A DNA stretch of 64,000 nucleotides, taken from NCBI RefSeq assembly GCF_009914755.1, contig NC_060931.1. One strand, 5' to 3'. Positions 56,441 through 64,000 of this stretch are shown here, in pieces; position 1 is the stretch's first letter; the number at the start of each line of letters is the position of its first letter. This DNA comes from the human T2T-CHM13v2.0 reference genome, Homo sapiens. The notes below the pieces were generated by a model that was given only the letters and a program-made list of their open reading frames with translations, made no database searches and was not told the origin of the DNA. A program made the position numbers and the translations under genes.

Positions 56441-59379
56441 AGGGGACACCACAATAAGTTTTAATTACCTCCACAATGCTTTTAGTAGAAAAGGACAGGG
56501 TGATACCGGCCTGAAAATGTTCCCCACACCGTTATGTGGCACTCTAATTATAAGGAACAATCAACAATAAGTGCCTTTTTGGCTCTCTGCTGTGACAAAC
56601 TGCAAAGGCAGCAGGGCAGGAGGCAGGTCTGAAACATAAGCCTTGGCCTTTGCATGGGGCAAGGGGTGCTGGGAGTGAAGTAAGATGAGGCGCTATTTGG
56701 TCACATGACCTCAAGCGTGATCAGCCTTGAGTGGTAATTTATGGGGCACAAACCTCCTCTGGCTTAATCCAGAGAGGATTCTTTTTCATGACGAAACAAA
56801 TTCTGTCACATCGATGCGTTCCTGCCTCACCTGCCTGCCCTTCCTAGGCCAACCTGACAAGAACCCGGAATACAGCAGGGTTCTGAGCATAACTGGAGGC
56901 AACATCCTCAGATACAGTTCTGAATTTTCCCAGAATAGAAGGGGACTGTCTCAAGTGAACCCCTATTAAAACACAGATGTTCACATCCCCTACATCCGGA
57001 CTGCCTGGCCTATGCAGACAGAACAGGGAATCCATCCTGTTCTGTAAGGAGCCAAATAGCATTTCCCTGGTGGCCACACCCAGGTTGTGATAAGGCTCAG
57101 GGTCGTGGGAAACAATGCAGAGGAAAGGAGGGTAGTGTAGACGCCTCCGCTGCTAGCTGGAGGCCGCGCACTGGATGGCTAATGAGGCCCAGATGCGGGT
57201 CTCTCACAGACTGATCCGGGGAGATGTGAGAAAGGAATGCGATCATTTCCGTCTGAAATAACGTGCTCCCTCTTCCCCGACACCTCGGGCCCACTTCATT
57301 ACTTCCTCCACAGATGATCTCAAATTAGGAAGCCAATCCTTCCCCTCGATATGATGCCAAGTTAGTGCCACGAGGGTGTAAATCAAGTGTTTCATAAACA
57401 CTGTGTGGGCTAATTTCTTTCCAGGGGTACTCAAGTCAGTCATCTCCCTCTCATGAGCATTCGCTGCTTTCCCATAAAGTGAGCATGCCTGTGCTTTCTT
57501 TGATGAGTGATGCTAATTGTCATTTGGGGTGAGCTACAAAGCTCTTTCTCTAGAGCATTAGCTGAAAGTTAATGCATTCCACAGAGATATCTGGGGGCCC
57601 AGTTTTCAACATCCTGATGCTTCTCATCACCTTATTCTGTCAAGGTAAACCCAGATTTCAGCTGGGAATAAAGCCTTGTGGGTTTAAGTCTGTCTCCTGA
57701 TTTTCATACTTTCTTTGATTCCTATGACACAAAGCAATGTTGATAGGAAATTATTTTGTACCACACTTCCCTCCTTGGCGTGTCCTTCAACAGCCATTCA
57801 AATTCCACCTAAGTTTCACAGGAACTATGGAAACATATCCTCTACAGATGGGCTTAGCATGAAAGTTATTGCCCCACTGTGCAGAGCCCAGTGGTCTGAC
57901 ATTATTTACCTCCCTCTGAACACTACTACAAAAGGAACTACATCTTGCCGAACCCTTTAGCAACAAGGAACATAATACATGTGCCCAGTGTGCTGTTAGA
58001 TGCATATCTGTAGTCTCTGTATTTCAAATTGTTCTATGCATGAGTCCAGTGCAAGAAAAAGTGTGGCTCAAAGGCTGTGTCTACAGCGCATAAGGTTTTA
58101 ATGGCCTTCGCTTGCTTGCAGACCAATCCCTTAATTTTCCGGTTATCCAACCATTTGCCATTTGGCTTCCTATTTTGAAGAATATGCTTGTTGACACATT
58201 TTACTGAAAAATCAAGTAACCTGAAATACAAACTGTGACTTTAGTGGTAGATTATTTGTTTTGTAGGTGGGTGCCCAATTTGAGCAGCTATTATCTACTT
58301 TTTTCATTTTATAATGTTGACCAAATCTTAAAAAAAATTTTATTTCAGTCTGGGTCTCAGGCCAACAAAATAGTCCCTTGAACTTGACTGAAACATATGG
58401 ATGTGAGATTTCATTTATTGTTTTTGGTAAAGTCATGTTCCTCCAGAAATTGTGCAGGGGTCACATGAGAATCTTGGGTGCTGCCACTTGCCTGAAGCTG
58501 TTTCCACTAGCAACGATCTTCCTAAAAACACATGTCAGCAGTTAGCAATCCAGGAGTATGACTGAAGCCAGCCCTAGGGAGCTTCATTTCTATTTTGGAG
58601 ACTCACTGGCCTTCCAAGGGACAGAAAAAAAAAATTGGATCATTTGGCTTTGCAGGAAACCCCTTGCCTAATTTCTATTTCTCTAAGCCACACCCTTTCC
58701 GGAACGCTGTCATCTGCTACGGTGTGACTGGTAATACATTTCGGAGTTCGAGAAATAATCCTTGACACCTCCCCACTATGCATTATCATCTTAAAACTAT
58801 CACAAGACCCACAGGAAAACAGTTCTTCTATCTAGGATCTTTGGAAAAGTGATCGAGAACTCACTTTGGTACCTCTGGGGATACTGAAGTAAAAAAATTT
58901 TTTTTTAAAAAAATCTTGTTTCAGGGCCGGGGTTTAAGCACACCGCTGTTGGACACACTGTTAGAAAAGAAAGTAAATCCAGAAGCCGTGATTTCAAGCA
59001 GAATTGAGTGTGGGTGTTGGCTTTATGCGGCATTATGACAGCTAGCCTGTAAGATGTCCAGGGAAGCCCAGCGGGGCAAGCCATGCCCAGCACCAATTCC
59101 CTGGACTAGGAAAAGCTCTGCTGATCATCCCCCTGAGCTTCTGTGTAGCACCTCCCGATTCCTGACCTTGGTGTGGGCCAGCAGGGTCCTCTGCACCTCT
59201 TCGTAACCCAGGCCTTGTGTGTCCCTAAAATCAGATCTTTTCAGTTCTTCCTCCTCCCCTTCTCTCAAAGTTACTATCACTTCCCACACCCAGGTCAAGT
59301 TACACCTGTCCGTTTTTTACGGTTGATTTTCTCCAGACCAGCAAGCAACACATATCAAGGGTTGTGGTTCATCACCATG

Positions 59380-59500
59380 CCCTTGCTGGGAGTTCTCAGA
59401 ACCAGCTGCATCGGCATTGCCTGGGCACTTGTTAGGCAGAATCCTAGACTCCACCCCAGACCTATGGGATTTGTATGCACTTTAAGTTTAAGAAGCACTG
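59380..59500. mobile_element. MER5A1-like
   Basis: accagctgcatcggcattgcctgggcacttgttag...ccaccccagacc...taagtttaagaagcactg. Confidence 0.7.
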
Positions 59501-59637
59501 GTCTGGAAATGATAGGTCTTTCTTGAAAGCAACTTATTTCTGAGAGTTCATGAGTGATCTAGAATTCTGGGCCAATTCACAGAATATTGACAACCATGGC
59601 TGCCTTCTAAAATCTCCCAGGTGAAGTCTTCATCCTG

Positions 59638-59994
59638 CAGACAGAATGATTTATGATAATTTGACTTACAATTTTTTGACTTTATGATGGCGCAAAAGTA
59701 ATACACATTCAATAGAAACAGTACTTTGAGTACATACAACCATTTTGTTTTTCACTTTCAGTACAGTAGTCAATAAATTATTTAATCCTCTACTATAAAA
59801 TAGGGTTTGTGTGAGTTGATTTTACTAGAATAAAGGCTAATATAAGTGTTTTGAGGATGTTTAAGGCCAGCTAGGCTAAGCTATGATGTTTGTTTGGTAG
59901 GTTAGGTGTATTAAAAGCCTTTTTAACTTAATGTATTTTTAACTTATGATGGGTTTATCAGGACATAACTTCATTATAAATCCAGGAACATCTG
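59638..59994 (-). mobile_element. MER47A (Tigger5-type) DNA transposon
   Basis: ctaggctaagctatgatgtt...ggtaggttaggtgtattaaa...acttatgatgggtttatcaggacataac...catctg followed by TA. Confidence 0.88.
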
Positions 59995-60834
59995 TATTTG
60001 GATATCCAGGAGATATGTTTAAATCTGTAGTAAATTTGTTTAGTTTAAAAGGGAAATTAAATGTTCTGGTTACCACACACACCAAATAAAGATATGTAAT
60101 TTTTGAAGAATTAACCTAAAGAAGATCTATCTAATACGCAATCTGAAGGCACTTTGAAATCTTGTAGTGTCTCATATTTAGCACCAGCTGACAAAGGCTG
60201 GGGATAAAACAGCCTTTGTTTTAACTGAAATTCTCCTGGAAAAAACATCCGAGAGTCTCCATGATTCCCCCAATGACCAACTGATTTTCCTTGAAGTTTT
60301 GGAGTACTCAGTATTCACAGGGTTGTGAGTGGCTTCCAAAAATAGATTTCTGGGCTGCATGTCATCCCTAATAGAGCAGAACTGTCAGATGTTGGGGTAG
60401 GGATTTGTGGTTTTAAATCTCCCTAGTGACTGCAGAAGGACCATAAGTGGGAGCAATTATTCTAGGCCACTGAGGGGCTCCAAAGGTGGCTTCTGTCTTA
60501 TGTTGTAGCTGTAACCTCAATCACAAACACAGATTTATACACAGAGATTTTGATGACATAGAGTTCTGAATCCAAAGGTGAGGAAGGGTTTTGTTGTCTA
60601 CGTGTCAGTCCTTGAACTTGTGTCTACATGTTTAGTAAACTACGGTGGTCTTTTATTCCACTGAGGACAGAATATCACTGTAATATGTAAATATATGCTA
60701 CTGCCCTAAAGAAAAAAAAGAATGCAAAATGTTCTGAGTAGCTACGCTATGCCCACTGCATTCAATCAGAAATGGTCCTGAAGTTTTTGTTTTCAAGCAA
60801 ACTTGGCTGAAGTCTAGATCATTTTATAGTGGAA

Positions 60835-60884
60835 TCACAAAGCAATTTGTTTTTCCTCTCACAAAGCAATTTGTTTTTCCTCTC
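60835..60884. repeat. Perfect 24-bp tandem duplication
   Basis: TCACAAAGCAATTTGTTTTTCCTC x2. Confidence 0.97.
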
Positions 60885-63293
60885 TGAGGTGAAAATATAA
60901 AGCCTCCTGTTACTTATACCATGACATCTAAAAAGCAGATGATATTATACATTTTCATTGTCGTCAAGAGTCTACGTTTTTGTTCCTTTCTAGCAGATTA
61001 TTTAATTACTCTGCCAAAGGATGCTCATAATGTCATGTTTGCAAAACAGCTTTAAATGCTTTCAAATACTTCCAAGATTAAAATAACTGCTGAGTTATTT
61101 TGCTTTCTGTGGACAGTTCAATTTCATCTCTGAATATACTCTTTTTCTGATGGATTTATAACTACTACACAATAGTAGCCATCCATAAAGAACAATATAA
61201 TAGGTACTAAGAATCTAGCACTCACAGTTGTTCTGTTTTTGGCATTTGTGGCTTATGAGAGCCTCTGCTATTCCTTTCAAGTGAATCTGCTTTCATGCAG
61301 CATTTACTTCTTGACAGTTCACATAATTTAGTCAACACTCCTTAATTTTTTCCCCTTTGATCCATGACTATGTGTAAACCAACCAAACAAAAAACTATAA
61401 AACTCTAAACATAGTGAATTTCTCCTGTTTTTCCTCCCTTCTCCTTCTAGTTGGTTATTTACATCACTAGTGACATACTATAATAAATTGCCATCACCAT
61501 CCCCTTCCTCACTGTGGATCAAAGCCTTGGAGTGCTTGATGAAAATTTATTAGACCTCTGCCCACTGATTCCCACCTGGCTGCTCACAGCACCCTTGGCC
61601 AGCATTGCCTTGAGCTGGCTGGAGACGGACACTCTGATGACTAACAGCTGGGTGTCTCAGACAAGCCGTCTCTACCTCCAGCATCCACGGGCTAACTCTG
61701 CTTGCTTTCCTACTTCTCTTTTCTTACCTTACACTTAGGTCTTTTGGTCAATTCATGGCAGAGGCTGCCAAGGATGTCAAAAACAAGACGTGGGGGCAAA
61801 GGGGTGGGTGTGGCCTGCAGATGGTCTATGTGCCATACCAGGCCACTGGACGGTGCTGCTGGGCTGGTGATATTCGGGTCACTGATGTGGGGTAGCCAGC
61901 CACTGAGAGGTCCTGGGGAGCCTGAAAATCACAGGCTGGGCAGAGAGAAACACTCTGAGGGGCTTTACTGTGGGAGATTTACAAGACCCAGGGGTGTTTA
62001 CATCTGTGCTCAGTTTCAAGCATTTTCCCGACTGCTTCATGCCACGGTGCTCCAGCTTATCATTGCAAACACAGCCAAATAAAAACTACATGTGGCATTT
62101 GGTAAAATTTATACAGAGGGGCAGCTGTTGTATCCTGCCTCACCTGAGGCTCATCTAATCAAACAAATCTGGCAATAAGGATGAGAGACTGTAAAGTCCA
62201 AATGAAGCATTATTTTTTTTCTGCATCCCCTTTCCCACTGTGCCACAATGCCTATGGAAAATGAGACCAAATCAAAACCTTGTAAGAGTCTGTAATTACC
62301 CTGACAGCAATGACTTATCATTTGTACACCCCTGTATTTTCTGTCCCTTCTTCTGAAGACTCACTTCAGGCATGCGGGAGCACTTACAGCCAAGATGTCA
62401 GGAACAGAAACACAGTAACCATCTGAATATTGATTGTATACAATCTTTATATTGACTGTATATTGACCACCTGTATTGATAACCTACAAGGGTTTGCAGA
62501 TAGATTGCTAGATCATGTTTTTGGTGATTAAAAAGAGAATGGGGGCTCCTGGATGTAAAATACCATACTTGAAGGTAGTGGTCAAGTTTTGGAATTTTTT
62601 CACTTGCTTCATTCTACATTTGTGCAGCGTTCTACCCTATGTCAGTGATTAGAAAACTGGGCAATTAACTTCACGGATTTCTACCTGCCCTTAGAAGACA
62701 TCCATTTTCTGAACACCCAGGAAGTCCTGATATATGCTAAAATGTGCACCCACAAACTCACAAGGCTGCATAAGAGGCCAAATTCAGCAGGCCCTGCTGT
62801 CAGCCACACCCTCATCCCACAACAGCTGCTCTCATCAGTTACACCCTTTGCATCCTTGTCTAGATGTTATTTTCTGGACTCCTCCAATTCCATAGTCACT
62901 CAGATAAATTCTGTAGAACAATAATACTGACATCTGGATTTTGGGAGGCCAGGGAGAGTTGAGGAGAGAGAAAGGGATGAGCTGAGAAGGGAAGGATTTG
63001 CGATGCGAGGCAACTGTCAACACAACAATTCTGGCTGATCATGCTGTTCCTTGGGCTCCCCGTTTGACCTCCACCAGCCTTTCTATTGTCGTGCCCTCCT
63101 GTCATTCCCCAGTGTTTTCTTTTCCTTTTGGTAGTGGAGGTCCCCACACTGTCAGCCTTTAGAGTGCATGTGTAGTTCCAGGACCCAAACTACAAGCAGG
63201 GAAGTGTTGCCATGCTCATGCATGATGCTGACCTTCTCCCTGTGGGTCTGAGCCACAAAGTGTGCTCTTGTGGTTATTTAAAAGTCTGCCTCC

Positions 63294-63564
63294 GGCCAGG
63301 TGGATCATGTGAGGTCAGGAGTTTGAGACCAGCCTGGCCAACATGGTGAAACCCTGTCTCTACTAAAAATACAAAAATTAGCCAGGCGTGGTGGCACATG
63401 CCTGTAATCCCAGCTACTCGGGAGTCTGAGGCATAAGAATTGCTTGAACCCAGGACAGAGAGGTTGCAATGAGCCGAAATTGTGCCATTGCACTCTACCC
63501 CAGGCAACGGAGCAAGACTAGCAAGACTCTGTCTCAAAAACTAAATATATAAATAAAATAAAAT
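63294..63564 (+). mobile_element. Alu (S-type) lacking roughly 45 nt near the 5' end
   Basis: ggccagg joined to tggatca; TSD AGTCTGCCTCC; agcaagact duplicated near the 3' end. Confidence 0.93.
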
Positions 63565-64000
63565 TAACAGTCTGCCTCCTAGACAATGCCAATCGTTAAA
63601 AAGCTGCCTCTCACAGCTCTGCTAGCCTCATGAATGTATGTCAGGAGTCTCAAGTTTACCCCTCAGACACAGGTCAAAATTATCTCTCCACTGTCTCCCA
63701 ATCCCCAACTTAGGAACTTCCCAGGATTCCTGACTTTTACTAGACACTCAGCTTCAGACCTAAATTAGAGAGATAACTTACCTGCTTTTCACGATACTTT
63801 TGATACAATCTCATTCCACCTTCCACTCCTCTTTGTGAAACATTGGCATCATTGAGCTTTGCACCGGTTAACATTTTCAAGGTTCAAGACTTTGTAGTAT
63901 CATCATGAGCATGTCAAATGAGACTATGTATATCAAAATATTTTGTAATCTGTTAAGTAATATAGAAGTGGTTAGATCAGCCAGATACCAGAGCATTAAG

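Overview
Primate, almost certainly human, genomic DNA (AluJ/S/Y, L1P/L1M, MIR, L2, MER DNA transposons, solo LTRs). The only supportable coding sequence is a 197-bp minus-strand exon (8973-9169) with canonical AG/GT boundaries. Its translation (FMTDAARREQESLKKKIQPK...SSTPT) matches JAZF1 exon 3 (7p15), so 1-8972 is the start of intron 3 and 9170-64000 is the distal part of intron 2. No promoter CpG island, RNA gene or CRISPR array was seen, and nearly all other listed ORFs are Alu-, L1- or chance-derived. The most interesting signals are: (1) an Alu containing a 6x19-bp minisatellite that would make a candidate Alu exon frame-preserving and stop-free in the JAZF1 frame; (2) a dense cluster of nested inverted repeats near 26.2 kb; (3) a FOXA1:AR / NKX3-1 motif cluster near 50.5-50.7 kb; (4) a period-4 S/T ladder with tandem FBXW7-type degrons in exon 3; and (5) inverted Alus flanking exon 3, whose circular form would carry a closed 66-aa ORF. 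Repeat subfamily names and ancient-repeat boundaries are by eye and approximate.
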